This document shows positions 31,474 to 42,201 of a stretch of DNA of 56,387 nucleotides, one piece after another. The notes beneath the pieces were generated by a model. It worked only from the letters and a program-made list of their open reading frames with translations. It was not told the DNA's origin and did not search any database. Position 1 is the stretch's first letter. Each line of letters starts with the position of its first letter. The DNA is taken from the NCBI GenBank assembly GCA_035389045.1, contig DAOORA010000023.1, positions 1 to 56,387 of the forward strand, given 5' to 3'. This DNA is from Bacteroidales bacterium (lineage in GTDB: Bacteria; Bacteroidota; Bacteroidia; Bacteroidales; CAIWKO01). Made by a program: the position numbers and the translations under genes.

Positions 31474-33411
31474 ATGTCCAGAGATACTAAATACAATAAA
31501 AAAAACTCCATACAAAAGGTCATCCCCAATAAAAGCAATCTGTCGGAAAATACTTTTGAGATTCCGTCATGGGCCATTTATGGAGTATTAGTATTAACGG
31601 CTCTGGTTTACACCCGCGCATTGTTCAACGATTTTGCCAACTGGGATGATGATGTATATCTGTTTAATAATTCCGACCTGAAAAACTTCAGTTTTGATGC
31701 CGTGAAGTCATTGTTTACTTCTTTTTATTTGGGACATTATCATCCTCTTACCATGCTTACCTATTTCTTCGAATATCATCTCTTTGGACTGAAGCCCTTT
31801 CCCTTTCACTTGTTCAATGTTCTGCTTCATTTGGCGAATGTCTGGCTCGTTTACAGGCTTACCCAAAAACTCAGCGGGAAGAGGTTCACCTCCGTGTTTG
31901 TTGCCGCTATGTTTGCCCTGCACCCCATGCATGTCGAATCAGTAGCGTGGATATCCGAGCGGAAGGATGTGCTGTACACGCTGTTTTACCTTGCCGCACT
32001 GCTGGTTTATCTACGCTATATCAATAATGGTTTTAAATTCCGGACTTACTTATTTTGCTTACTGCTGTTTATTTTTTCCCTGTTGTCGAAATCCGTTGCA
32101 TTGACACTGCCTGTGCTCATGATCGCCATTGATTTATATAAAGGACGTAAGCTGAACAGGAGGATGATCCTGGAAAAGCTCCCTTTTCTGGCGTTTTCGG
32201 CACTTGCCGGTTTCGTGGCCTTAAAGTCGCAGGGCATAGCCTACAATGATGTTTCTATGACCTACGCATACTCCATCACCGACCGGATATTTTTATTGGC
32301 ATACGCCTTAGCTTATTACATTGTGGAAATTATTATTCCCTTTAACCTGTCGGCCATTCATTACTACCCTGACATTCAGGGAGGCTACCTGCCCTGGGTC
32401 TACTATGCCGCTCTGCCCTTTTTGCTTTTTCTGATATGGCCGGTCATAAGGCGCACTTCTTTCCGGCGTGAAAAACTCTTCGGCGTATCCATTTTCCTTA
32501 TTGTTATTTCCATCATGCTCCAAATCGTTTCGGTAGGAAGCGCTATTACCGCCGAACGTTATACCTACGTCTCCTATATAGGCTTATTTTATATTGCAGG
32601 ACAATGGATCCCGAACCTGAAAAAAACAACATGGAAGAGAATATCGTTGATCATCTGCGGCATTTTTCTTTTGTTGTTTTCGTATCTCACATGGGATCGT
32701 ATCAGTGTCTGGAAAAATGGTATCGTACTTTTTACCGACGTAATAAAAAAATATCCTGAATGTTACCATGGGTACAAAATCAGGGGAAATTATAAATTCA
32801 ATATGAAAGATTACCAGGGCGCTTTAAAGGATTATGACAAAACCTTGCAAATTAATCCCAGCTATGTGGAAACCCTGAGGCAACGTTCTTATGTTTTACT
32901 CAATTACAAAAACGATTATCAGGGGGCGCTGAGAGACCTGAATCTTTTTATACAACAGGATTCGACATCGGCCGACGCGTACAACAACCGCGGCATGTCC
33001 TATAAAGCGCTGAATGACACTGCCGCTGCGATGCGTGATTATAACAAAGCCATAGCACTCAAGCCGGATTTTCAGAATGCCTATAATAACCGGGCAGCGC
33101 TTAAAATAGAAATAAACTGTCCCCAAAGCGCCACAGCGGATATAAACAAAGCCATTGAACTGAATCCGAACGACGGTCACTCCTACACCAACCGCGCTAT
33201 CATCGGGGTTATGCTGAACGATTTTTCTGCCGCCATCCAAGATTGCAACACCGCATTACATCTGGACCCCAAAGACTACATCGCATTGTTCTACCGTGGC
33301 CTTGCCTATCTGAATCTCAACAATAAAACCGCCGCCTGTGCCGATTGGGAAAAAGCTTCGGAACTGGGACATGCCGGCGCCAAAAATATGATCAGTCAGT
33401 TCTGCAAATAA
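31474..33411 (+). CDS. TMTC-like GT-C + TPR protein, copy 5
   Basis: NWDDDVY, YHPLT, HPMHVESVAWISERKD, AERYTY, 6 TPRs. Confidence 0.85.
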   Translation: MSRDTKYNKKNSIQKVIPNKSNLSENTFEIPSWAIYGVLVLTALVYTRALFNDFANWDDDVYLFNNSDLKNFSFDAVKSLFTSFYLGHYHPLTMLTYFFEYHLFGLKPFPFHLFNVLLHLANVWLVYRLTQKLSGKRFTSVFVAAMFALHPMHVESVAWISERKDVLYTLFYLAALLVYLRYINNGFKFRTYLFCLLLFIFSLLSKSVALTLPVLMIAIDLYKGRKLNRRMILEKLPFLAFSALAGFVALKSQGIAYNDVSMTYAYSITDRIFLLAYALAYYIVEIIIPFNLSAIHYYPDIQGGYLPWVYYAALPFLLFLIWPVIRRTSFRREKLFGVSIFLIVISIMLQIVSVGSAITAERYTYVSYIGLFYIAGQWIPNLKKTTWKRISLIICGIFLLLFSYLTWDRISVWKNGIVLFTDVIKKYPECYHGYKIRGNYKFNMKDYQGALKDYDKTLQINPSYVETLRQRSYVLLNYKNDYQGALRDLNLFIQQDSTSADAYNNRGMSYKALNDTAAAMRDYNKAIALKPDFQNAYNNRAALKIEINCPQSATADINKAIELNPNDGHSYTNRAIIGVMLNDFSAAIQDCNTALHLDPKDYIALFYRGLAYLNLNNKTAACADWEKASELGHAGAKNMISQFCK

Positions 33412-33625
33412 TACCGGGGGTAGGATTTTCCGGACAGGGTTGATCAAAATAGTACCAGAAATACTATTGAATGAAAATAAAACTGGCCACCCCCTCGCGG
33501 ATATTATAATAGAGCAGACCTGATACGTTATGAAACTATTGTAAAAACACATATTTGTGCACTCTTTTTTTTTCATCCGGTATTATGTATTTTTGTGAAA
33601 CCATTTTTTAAGAATTAATTTGTGT

Positions 33626-35557
33626 ATGGCCGGCAAGTCAAAAAATAAAAAGAAACCTGTCATTCATAATCCCAGGCCACTGAAAAGTAATTTTCAAAAA
33701 GAGGCTTTTCATATACCGGCATGGGCCATATATGCGGTGCTGGTAATTACCGCTCTGGTTTATATCCGGGCGCTGTTCAACGGCTTTGCCAGCCTCGACG
33801 ACGACATCTATGTATTCGAAAACCCATACATCAAATATTTAAGTTTTGATACGGTAAAATCAGTTTTTACTTCTTTCTATTTTGGAATCTACCATCCACT
33901 CACAACACTGAGTTATATGCTCGAATATCATTTCTTCGGGCTGAATCCGTTTCCATTCCACTTATTTAATATTATTCTTCATCTGATAAATGTTTACCTT
34001 GTATATATCCTCACCGGAAAACTTAGCGGGCAGCGGTTCACCTCCGTGTTTGTGGCCGCTATGTTTGCCCTGCACCCTATGCACGTTGAGTCGGTAGCAT
34101 GGGTTTCTGAACGGAAAGACGTATTATATTCGTTATTTTATTTATTATCCCTTATTTCATACCTGCGCTACATTGATTCGGGATATAATAAAAAACACTA
34201 TGTATTTACACTGTTACTTTTCATTGCCTCCTTGCTTTCAAAACCATCAGCAATAACATTGTTCATGCTCCTGCTTGCTGTGGATATATACCGGGGAAGA
34301 AAAATCAGCATAGGAATATTCATCGAAAAACTTCCATTCTTTGCGCTGTCGGTGCTTCTGGCAGCCGTTACGTATTTGCAACCCAAAGCTGACGATGGCA
34401 CCGCCCTGTTGTACGCATACACCTTTGTAGAAAGGATATTTCTTTTTACCTATTCGCTGGCATTTTACATTGTGAAACTCGTCGTTCCTTTTCATTTATC
34501 AGCCATACATTATCATCCGGAAACGGGCGGCGTTGCGTTCCCCTGGTATTATTATGCTTCGCTGCCTTTTCTGATGCTGTTGGCCTGGCTGGTGGTCAGA
34601 AAAACCCGCTTACGTCGTGACAAGCTTTTCGGAATTACTTTTTTTCTGGTTGCAATTTCGATCATGCTTCCGGTTTTACCTATCGGCCTGGCAATAACCT
34701 CCGAACGGTATACTTACATTGCCTACATCGGGTTATTTTTTGTGGCAGGCCAGGGAATCGTTGCTATCAAAAACACAATGGTCAGAAAAGCAGCATTGAT
34801 ACTTTGCGCATTGATACTTGCTGCCTTTTCGTATCTCAGCTGGGACCGGATAAAAGTCTGGGAAAGCGGTATTACGCTGTTTACCGATGTCATAAAAAAA
34901 TATCCTGAACATCCCGACGGTTACATTAAAAGGGCTATCATAAAAAAGAATCAGGAGAATTACCAGAGTTCGCTGGAGGATTGCAATAAAGCGCTGGCCA
35001 TAAATCCGAATTTTACTCCAGGCCTTTCGGCACGCGGGAGCACTTACATTGAAATGAAAAATTACGAGGCTGCCCTTACCGACCTTGATCTGGCCGTAAA
35101 ACTTGGTTCGTCCGAAGCTGACACATACAACAACAGGGGATTCGCTTTTCAGAATGTAAATGATACGGTTGCTGCCATGCGTGATTATAATAAAGCGCTA
35201 AAAATCAATCCCATGAAACAGGTCGTATACAACAACCGCAGCACACTGAAAGCGATCATGGGCAATTTTCCGGGCGCCCTTGAAGATATCAACAAAGCGA
35301 TAAGTCTTAATCCTGATGACAGCAAAGCCTACTGCAACCGCGGTAACATCAAATACTTTTTGAACGATTTTTCCGGAGCTGTCAACGACTACAGCATCGC
35401 AGTAAAACTAAAGCCAAAAGACAACCAGGTACTGTTCAACTGCGGTATGGCACGCCTGAACTTAAATGACACTTCCGGAGCCTGCGAAGACTGGCAGAAA
35501 TCACTAAACCTTGGAAACCAGGCTGCAGGTAATATGATCAATCAGTATTGCAAATAA
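33626..35557 (+). CDS. TMTC-like GT-C + TPR protein, copy 6
   Basis: SLDDDIY, YHPLT, HPMHVESVAWVSERKD, SERYTY, 6 TPRs; ATG 33626 preferred over TTG 33620. Confidence 0.85.
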   Translation: MAGKSKNKKKPVIHNPRPLKSNFQKEAFHIPAWAIYAVLVITALVYIRALFNGFASLDDDIYVFENPYIKYLSFDTVKSVFTSFYFGIYHPLTTLSYMLEYHFFGLNPFPFHLFNIILHLINVYLVYILTGKLSGQRFTSVFVAAMFALHPMHVESVAWVSERKDVLYSLFYLLSLISYLRYIDSGYNKKHYVFTLLLFIASLLSKPSAITLFMLLLAVDIYRGRKISIGIFIEKLPFFALSVLLAAVTYLQPKADDGTALLYAYTFVERIFLFTYSLAFYIVKLVVPFHLSAIHYHPETGGVAFPWYYYASLPFLMLLAWLVVRKTRLRRDKLFGITFFLVAISIMLPVLPIGLAITSERYTYIAYIGLFFVAGQGIVAIKNTMVRKAALILCALILAAFSYLSWDRIKVWESGITLFTDVIKKYPEHPDGYIKRAIIKKNQENYQSSLEDCNKALAINPNFTPGLSARGSTYIEMKNYEAALTDLDLAVKLGSSEADTYNNRGFAFQNVNDTVAAMRDYNKALKINPMKQVVYNNRSTLKAIMGNFPGALEDINKAISLNPDDSKAYCNRGNIKYFLNDFSGAVNDYSIAVKLKPKDNQVLFNCGMARLNLNDTSGACEDWQKSLNLGNQAAGNMINQYCK

Positions 35558-35710
35558 GAATATTGGAAAACACAACCGAGCCAGACATAACCATTTAATG
35601 ACCATATCCATTGTATGAAACAAAACAAAAACAGGTTTGCCGGCCAATTTGCAAGAAATAATAAGAGTATTGAGTAATTTTAAATCAATATCATAAACCA
35701 GTAATTTTTT

Positions 35711-37636
35711 ATGACCGCTCAGTCAGTAAAGAAAAAGAAAATCACCACTCAGCATCTGAAGCCTCTGAAAACTAATTTACAAAAAGAATCGTTCAGAATT
35801 CCTTCATGGGCCATATATGCAGTGCTGGTAATAACCGCTCTGGTATACGCCAGGGCATTGTTCAATGATTTTGCCACATGGGATGATAACGGATATATAA
35901 ATGAAAATCCGGATATCCGGGACTTCAGCTTTAATGGGATCAAAAAGATCTTTTCGTCCTTTTATATGAGCAACTTCCAGCCGCTTACAATGCTCACATA
36001 CATGGTCGAGTTCCGCCTTTTTGGGTTGAATCCTTTTCCATACCACTTGTTTAGTGTTCTGTTGCATCTGATAAATGTGTTTCTGGTATATAAATTTATC
36101 GAAAAACTCAGCGGTAAAAAATTTACGTCCTTATTTGTAGCAGCCCTGTTTGCGCTGCATCCGATGCATGTCGAATCGGTGGCATGGATAGCCGAACGAA
36201 AGGATGTATTGTACACTTTGTTTTACATCGCGGCTTTGCTGGTTTACGTCAACTATTACCACAGTCACAAAACTAAAGACTACCTGCTCTGCTTGTTTCT
36301 GTTTTTATTTTCCCTTCTGTCCAAATCCGCAGCAGTAACGCTGCCCGTGGTGATGATTGCCATTGACCTGTATAAAAGAAGGAAAATTAATATAAAAATG
36401 TTTCTTGAAAAGTTACCTTTTTTTGCACTGTCATTACTTTTTGGGATTGTAGCCCTGTTTTCGCAGGAAGAAGCCCGTAGCGACTACTCAACGGTGTATT
36501 CATACATTGACCGGATATTTATGCTCTCCTACACCCTGTCCTATTACATAACACAGCTTTTTGCACCTTTTCACCTTTCGGCCATGCACTATTATCCGTT
36601 TACCCACGGAGGCCCCTTGCCATGGTTTTTCTACGTTTCCTTACCCTTTTTGCTGGTTCTTGTATGGTGGACGGTGAAAAAATCAACATTGCGACGTGAA
36701 AAAATCTTCGGTGTCATGTTTTTCCTGATCGTGATTTCCATCATGCTGCAGGTTATTGCAGTAGGCGCTGCTATTGTCGCCGAGCGCTATACCTACGTTT
36801 CATATATCGGTTTTTTCTATATCGCCGGACAATGGATATCGAATATCCAGAAACAGAAACTTAAAAAAATGGCTTTAATTATCAGTGCGTTGTACTTGCT
36901 GGCGTTTTCATACCTGACATGGGACAGAATTAAAGTCTGGGAAAACTGTATTGTGCTCTTTACTGATGTGATCAAAAAATATCCCAATCATCCTGACGGA
37001 TACAATACAAGGGGGATATTCAAAAAAAACCTTGAGGATTACCAGGGCGCCCTGCAGGATTATAACAAGTCACTGCAGCTGAATCCGGTCTTTAACGACT
37101 GCCTGATAGGCCGAGGCAGCGTCTTTATCGAGTTCAAAGATTATAAAGCGGCTCTTGCCGATCTCAACTTGTCTATCGAAATAGACAGTACCCTGGCGAA
37201 TGCCTATAATAACCGCGGAATGGCCTTGCAGGGACTCAATGATACGGCAGCAGCATTACGCGATTTCAACAAAGCCTTACTCCTCGAACCCGAACACCAG
37301 GGCGCTTACAACAACCGCAGCATATTAAAAGCCATCATGGGCAATTTACAGGGCGCTCTGACGGATGCCAATAAAGCATTGGAAATCAGTCCGGATGAAA
37401 GTATTGAATATTGCACACGCGCCAATATCAGGACATTTATGAAAGATTACCAGGGCGCTGTTGAAGATTACAGCAAAGGTCTGCAGCTCAAACCCGACGA
37501 CAATGAAATTTTATTTAACCGCGGGTTGGCCCGGCTGAACCTTAATGATACTGCCGGAGCCTGCGAAGACTGGCACAGATCACTAGAACTTGGTGACAAG
37601 AATGCAGAGCAAATGATCAACCAACATTGTAAATAA
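35711..37636 (+). CDS. TMTC-like GT-C + TPR protein, copy 7
   Basis: TWDDNGY, FQPLT, HPMHVESVAWIAERKD, AERYTY, 6 TPRs. Confidence 0.85.
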   Translation: MTAQSVKKKKITTQHLKPLKTNLQKESFRIPSWAIYAVLVITALVYARALFNDFATWDDNGYINENPDIRDFSFNGIKKIFSSFYMSNFQPLTMLTYMVEFRLFGLNPFPYHLFSVLLHLINVFLVYKFIEKLSGKKFTSLFVAALFALHPMHVESVAWIAERKDVLYTLFYIAALLVYVNYYHSHKTKDYLLCLFLFLFSLLSKSAAVTLPVVMIAIDLYKRRKINIKMFLEKLPFFALSLLFGIVALFSQEEARSDYSTVYSYIDRIFMLSYTLSYYITQLFAPFHLSAMHYYPFTHGGPLPWFFYVSLPFLLVLVWWTVKKSTLRREKIFGVMFFLIVISIMLQVIAVGAAIVAERYTYVSYIGFFYIAGQWISNIQKQKLKKMALIISALYLLAFSYLTWDRIKVWENCIVLFTDVIKKYPNHPDGYNTRGIFKKNLEDYQGALQDYNKSLQLNPVFNDCLIGRGSVFIEFKDYKAALADLNLSIEIDSTLANAYNNRGMALQGLNDTAAALRDFNKALLLEPEHQGAYNNRSILKAIMGNLQGALTDANKALEISPDESIEYCTRANIRTFMKDYQGAVEDYSKGLQLKPDDNEILFNRGLARLNLNDTAGACEDWHRSLELGDKNAEQMINQHCK

Positions 37637-37784
37637 TACCTGAACAATGGACTCCGACATGTGTTATTCAGCAATACAAGCTAAAGGACAACATAATGCA
37701 CAACCGGTTTCACAAAATTATTATTCGGGTTTTAACAGACTGATATTATGGGAATAGCCCGGATTTTTCAACATATTATTACCT

Positions 37785-39716
37785 ATGGCCAGCCCCTCAG
37801 TAAATAAAAAGAAACTAAGCGCCCAGCATCTGAAACCGCTGAAAAATAATTCACAAAAAGCGTCTTTTACTATTCCCCCGTGGGCCATTTATGCAGTGCT
37901 GGTAATCACTGCCCTGATCTATATCCGTGCTCTGAGCAACGGCTTCTGTTCTTTTGATGATGATGATTATGTATTTAAAAATCCCGATATCCGAAACTTC
38001 AGTTTTGAAGGCCTGAAACAAATACTTACTTCCTATTATGTCGGCCACTACCACCCGCTGACCATGCTTACCTATTTTTTCGAATATAAATTGTTTGGCC
38101 TCAATCCGATGCCTTATCATTTGTTTAATGTCATACTACACCTGGCAAACACCTTTCTGGTATATAAGCTCGCCGAAAAACTCAGCGGGAACCGGTTTAC
38201 GGCTATATTCGCAGCGGCACTGTTCGCCCTGCATCCCATGCATGTCGAATCGGTTGCCTGGGTATCCGAACGCAAAGATGTGTTATATGCATTGTTTTAC
38301 TTCGCTGCGCTGATCATATATATCAACTATGTAAACCATGGCCTGAAGCTTAATCATTACTTAGTGTGCCTGCTCCTGTTCGTATTGTCATTGCTTTCAA
38401 AATCAGTGGCACTCACACTGCCCGTGCTGATGATTGCCATTGATTTATACAAGAACAGGAAACCAAATGCCCGGATGTTTTTGGAAAAAATCCCCTTCTT
38501 AGCCCTTTCCATAGTTTTCGGATTGCTGGCAATAAAATCACAGCAGGTGGCCATGAAAGAAGTCGAAATCAGTTTTTCATTCCTTGACCGGATATTTTTA
38601 TTTACCTACGCTATATCCTTCTATATTGTCAAACTGTTGGCACCTCTGCATTTATCGGTGATGCACTATTATCCCGGCACCGCCGCCGGCGCCCTGCCCT
38701 GGATGTATTACGCCTCTTTGCCCTTTCTCGTCCTGTTGGGCTGGCTGCTTATAAAACCCAGCCGATTCCGGAGAGAAAAACTTTTCGGAGCGATGTTTTT
38801 CCTTATTGTAATTTCGGTGATGCTTCAGATCATTTCAGTTGGAGATGCCATTACTTCAGAACGATATTCGTACATCTCATATTTTGGATTATCATATATT
38901 GCCGGGCAATGGGTATCTAAAATCCGGAAAGAAAAGATGTTGCGTCTGGCGAAAATGATCTGCCTGTTATTACTGATCCTCTTTGCTTACCTCAGCTGGG
39001 ACAGGATCAAAGTATGGAAAAATGGAATCGTGCTGTTTACCGACGTTATTAAAAAATATCCCGACAGTTATCATGCCTACTGGGTACGCGGAAATATAAA
39101 ATGCAAAAGCAATAATTATGAAAGCGCGCTTGATGATTACAATAAATCCCTTCAAAACAACCCGAATTTTCTGCTATGCCTGAATCAGCGCTCGCTGATA
39201 CTGATCGACCAGTTTAAAAACTATCCGGCTGCCCTGCAGGACCTGAACCTTTCCATAAAACTGGATTCCAATACAGCAGAAACTTATAATAACAGAGGCC
39301 AGATCTATGAAAAGATGAACGATACAGCCGCAGCATTGCGCGACTTCAACAAAGCCATCATGATTGATCCCGGACAGCAGAAAGTTTACAACAACCGCGG
39401 TGCACTCAAACTCAGGATGGGCAATTACCAGGGCGCTCTGACAGATATCAATAAAGCCATTGAGCTGAATCCCGAAGACGGACACGCATACACCAACCGC
39501 GCCGGCGTGAAATACATGCTGAACGATTATTCCGGTACGATTGAAGACTGTAAACGCGCATTAGCATTGGATCCGGGAGATTATATTGCGCTGTATTATC
39601 AGGGAATGTCGCTATATAACCTCAACGATAAAAATAACGCTTGCAGCGTCTGGACAAAAGCATCGGAAATGGGTTATGCAGCGGCAACAGAATTATTAAA
39701 CCAGTATTGTAAGTAG
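37785..39716 (+). CDS. TMTC-like GT-C + TPR protein, copy 8
   Basis: SFDDDDY, YHPLT, HPMHVESVAWVSERKD, SERYSY, 6 TPRs. Confidence 0.85.
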   Translation: MASPSVNKKKLSAQHLKPLKNNSQKASFTIPPWAIYAVLVITALIYIRALSNGFCSFDDDDYVFKNPDIRNFSFEGLKQILTSYYVGHYHPLTMLTYFFEYKLFGLNPMPYHLFNVILHLANTFLVYKLAEKLSGNRFTAIFAAALFALHPMHVESVAWVSERKDVLYALFYFAALIIYINYVNHGLKLNHYLVCLLLFVLSLLSKSVALTLPVLMIAIDLYKNRKPNARMFLEKIPFLALSIVFGLLAIKSQQVAMKEVEISFSFLDRIFLFTYAISFYIVKLLAPLHLSVMHYYPGTAAGALPWMYYASLPFLVLLGWLLIKPSRFRREKLFGAMFFLIVISVMLQIISVGDAITSERYSYISYFGLSYIAGQWVSKIRKEKMLRLAKMICLLLLILFAYLSWDRIKVWKNGIVLFTDVIKKYPDSYHAYWVRGNIKCKSNNYESALDDYNKSLQNNPNFLLCLNQRSLILIDQFKNYPAALQDLNLSIKLDSNTAETYNNRGQIYEKMNDTAAALRDFNKAIMIDPGQQKVYNNRGALKLRMGNYQGALTDINKAIELNPEDGHAYTNRAGVKYMLNDYSGTIEDCKRALALDPGDYIALYYQGMSLYNLNDKNNACSVWTKASEMGYAAATELLNQYCK

Positions 39717-39735
39717 CTTATGGATATTAATAAAA

Positions 39736-40020
39736 CGTAACTATTCACCCCATTGAAGCATTTGAAAACAAAGAGATTCCTCATTTCGCTTCGCTCATTC
39801 GGAATGACATTCGGGTTTGTTATTAGGGAGGAGGAACGCAGCGGGGCGCTTTGCGCCCCGCTGCGTTCCTCCTCCCTATACCCTCCAAAATTGAATTGTC
39901 ATTCCGAACAGCGTGAGGAATCTTTTTTAATTCGAGAAAAAATATAACATTGTGAATGACAAGCATATAGCAAGCCATGTAGAATTCCTTATGATATTTT
40001 ATATGGGGTGAATAGTTACA
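39736..40020. mobile_element. 285-bp MITE with 17-bp perfect terminal inverted repeats and candidate 6-bp target duplication
   Basis: GTAACTATTCACCCCAT (39737-39753) / ATGGGGTGAATAGTTAC (40003-40019); ATAAAA at 39730-39735 and 40021-40026. Confidence 0.8.
39773..39924. repeat. REP-like palindromic element with a 26-bp perfect central hairpin, nested in the MITE
   Basis: GAGATTCCTCA..TTCGGAATGACA ... TGTCATTCCGAA..TGAGGAATCTT ends; TAGGGAGGAGGAACGCAGCGGGGCGC-TTT-complement at 39824-39878. Confidence 0.85.
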
Positions 40021-40148
40021 ATAAAAACAAATCACGATCTCTGAACGGGTTTTAGGCAGAGCAGCCCCACTTCATTTTTATGATGGTTTAACTGATTTTT
40101 TTGTAAGTTTGTTTGTTTATAAAAATAATAAATAACACATCTGTAAAT

Positions 40149-42077
40149 ATGAATTCCAAGCCCCTGAAAAAAAAACAGATTATGCCTCAGAAGCAAAAAA
40201 CTTCAAAAAAAAATAGTCTTCAGAACGACACATTTCACATACCACCCTGGGCTATATATGCCGTAATTGCGTTGACTGCCATCGTGTATTTCAGGTCGTT
40301 TTTCAATGGTTTTGTCAACCTCGACGATGACATATACCTGTTTGATAACCCCTACAGCAGAAATTTCAGCTTTGATACGGTTAAAGCGGTATTTACCTCC
40401 TTCTATGATTGCAACTACTTTCCGCTGACACTGCTGGCCTACATGTTTGAATACCAGTTATTCGGCCTGTCGCCCATGCCCTATCACGTTATCAATGTAT
40501 TGCTGCATCTGATCAACACCTTCCTGGTTTATAAACTTATTGAACGATTAAGCGGAAAAAGCCTCACCGCATTGCTGGTATCGGTTTTGTTTGCCATTCA
40601 TCCCATGCATGTTGAATCGGTAGCCTGGACCGCCGAACTCAAAGATGTTTTGTATACCGTGTTTTACCTGGGGTCACTGCTGTTGTACATGAAATACCTG
40701 CAATCTGGATTCCAGACCAAACATTATGTGATCTGCCTGTTGCTTTTCATCTTATCTCTCCTGTCTAAATCGGCCTCTGTTACCCTACCCGTAATACTTA
40801 TCGCTGTTGATTTGTATAAAAACAGGAAACTGAACCTGAAAATGCTCCTGGAAAAATTGCCGTTTTTTGCACTGTCGTTACTCTTCGGTATACTGGCTAT
40901 CCTATCACAGGAAGAAGCCATGAAAGAAGTCTCTACCTCATTTTCCTTGGTTGACCGGATATTCTTCTTTTCATATTCCATATCTTTTTATATCGTTAAA
41001 CTGGTGGTTCCTTTTCACTTGTCGGCTATGCATTATTATCCCGACGGCGGGGTTCTGCCCTGGTATTTCTATGCCTCCCTGCCCTTCCTGCTGGCGATGG
41101 TTTGGCTGGCCATCAGAGGCAAATCGTTCAGGAGGGAAAAAATTTTCGGAGCCATGTTTTTTCTCATTGCGATTTCCATTATGCTCCAGGTTATTTCGGT
41201 GGGCGACACGATTACTTCGGAACGATACACCTACGTTGCATATATCGGTTTGTTTTTTATTGCAGGACAATGGGTTTCCAATATCCAAAAAATATCACTG
41301 AAAAAATTAGTATTGGTTGGCAGCGGAATTATCATTTTAATATTTTCGTTCGTCACCTGGCAGCGCATCGGCGTATGGAAAGACGGCATCACCCTGTTCA
41401 ATGATGTGGTAAAAAAATACCCGGGCAAATATCCGGCTTACTGGATGAGAGGAAATATCTATTATAAAAAAAACGACTACACGAATGCCCTTAATGATTA
41501 CAATAAATCCATACAGCTTTTCGACGGTTATGGGCCCAGCAGGGCTGCCCGTGGCAAGGTTTTACTCAAGGGATTCCATGATTATAAAGCAGCGCTGGAA
41601 GACCTGAATGTGGCCATCCGGCTGGATTCTTCAGAAGCTGAAATGTATAGCGACCGGGGAATGGCATACTCCCAGACAGGCGACACGGCAGCGGGTATGC
41701 GCGATTTTAATAAAGCCATTTCGATGAATCCGAACTTATCAAAAGCATACGCCAACCGCGCGGTGTTAAAGGTCAACATGGGGAACCTCAACGGAGGCCT
41801 GGAAGATATAAATAAAGCCGTCAGCATGGATCCAAAAGACAGCGAAGCCCTCCGTAACCGGGGTGGTATAAAAAACATCCTCAAAGATTATAACGGCGCT
41901 CTCGAAGATTGTAACAGCGCACTACAGATCAACCCCAGGGACAATATTGCATTATTTAACAGGGGACACGTAAAATTTAATCTCAAAGATATAAACGGCG
42001 CCTGCAACGACTGGCACCAGTCCCTTGAACTGGGTTACACACCGGCAGAAAGCGTCATCCAACAGTTTTGCAGGTAA
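40149..42077 (+). CDS. TMTC-like GT-C + TPR protein, copy 9
   Basis: NLDDDIY, YFPLT, HPMHVESVAWTAELKD, SERYTY, 6 TPRs; ATG 40149 lies downstream of a TAAGTTTG promoter (40104-40111). Confidence 0.85.
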   Translation: MNSKPLKKKQIMPQKQKTSKKNSLQNDTFHIPPWAIYAVIALTAIVYFRSFFNGFVNLDDDIYLFDNPYSRNFSFDTVKAVFTSFYDCNYFPLTLLAYMFEYQLFGLSPMPYHVINVLLHLINTFLVYKLIERLSGKSLTALLVSVLFAIHPMHVESVAWTAELKDVLYTVFYLGSLLLYMKYLQSGFQTKHYVICLLLFILSLLSKSASVTLPVILIAVDLYKNRKLNLKMLLEKLPFFALSLLFGILAILSQEEAMKEVSTSFSLVDRIFFFSYSISFYIVKLVVPFHLSAMHYYPDGGVLPWYFYASLPFLLAMVWLAIRGKSFRREKIFGAMFFLIAISIMLQVISVGDTITSERYTYVAYIGLFFIAGQWVSNIQKISLKKLVLVGSGIIILIFSFVTWQRIGVWKDGITLFNDVVKKYPGKYPAYWMRGNIYYKKNDYTNALNDYNKSIQLFDGYGPSRAARGKVLLKGFHDYKAALEDLNVAIRLDSSEAEMYSDRGMAYSQTGDTAAGMRDFNKAISMNPNLSKAYANRAVLKVNMGNLNGGLEDINKAVSMDPKDSEALRNRGGIKNILKDYNGALEDCNSALQINPRDNIALFNRGHVKFNLKDINGACNDWHQSLELGYTPAESVIQQFCR

Positions 42078-42201
42078 AAATAATATTAAATAATGCAACA
42101 GGTCCCCGACAAACACATGGAATTTTTGTTTATGTTTTTATGCTGAAAACTGTTTTAGAAAATATATTTGTTTAACATGTTGGAAAATAACATTTTAACA
42201 C

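Noticed and set aside
33409..33506. Possible degenerate palindromic element between copies 5 and 6
   Set aside because: Only a 7-bp inner stem (AATAGTA/TACTATT) and poorly matching outer arms; not distinguishable from chance
39753..40035. ORFs 39753-39947 (+) and 39823-40035 (-)
   Set aside because: They run through the palindromic MITE and have no recognisable protein features
27406..40213. A8-A9 tracts near the 5' ends of copies 3, 4, 5 and 9 as phase-variation switches
   Set aside because: They encode the Lys-rich N-tails, all genes are in frame, and similar A8-A9 runs occur in housekeeping genes in this window
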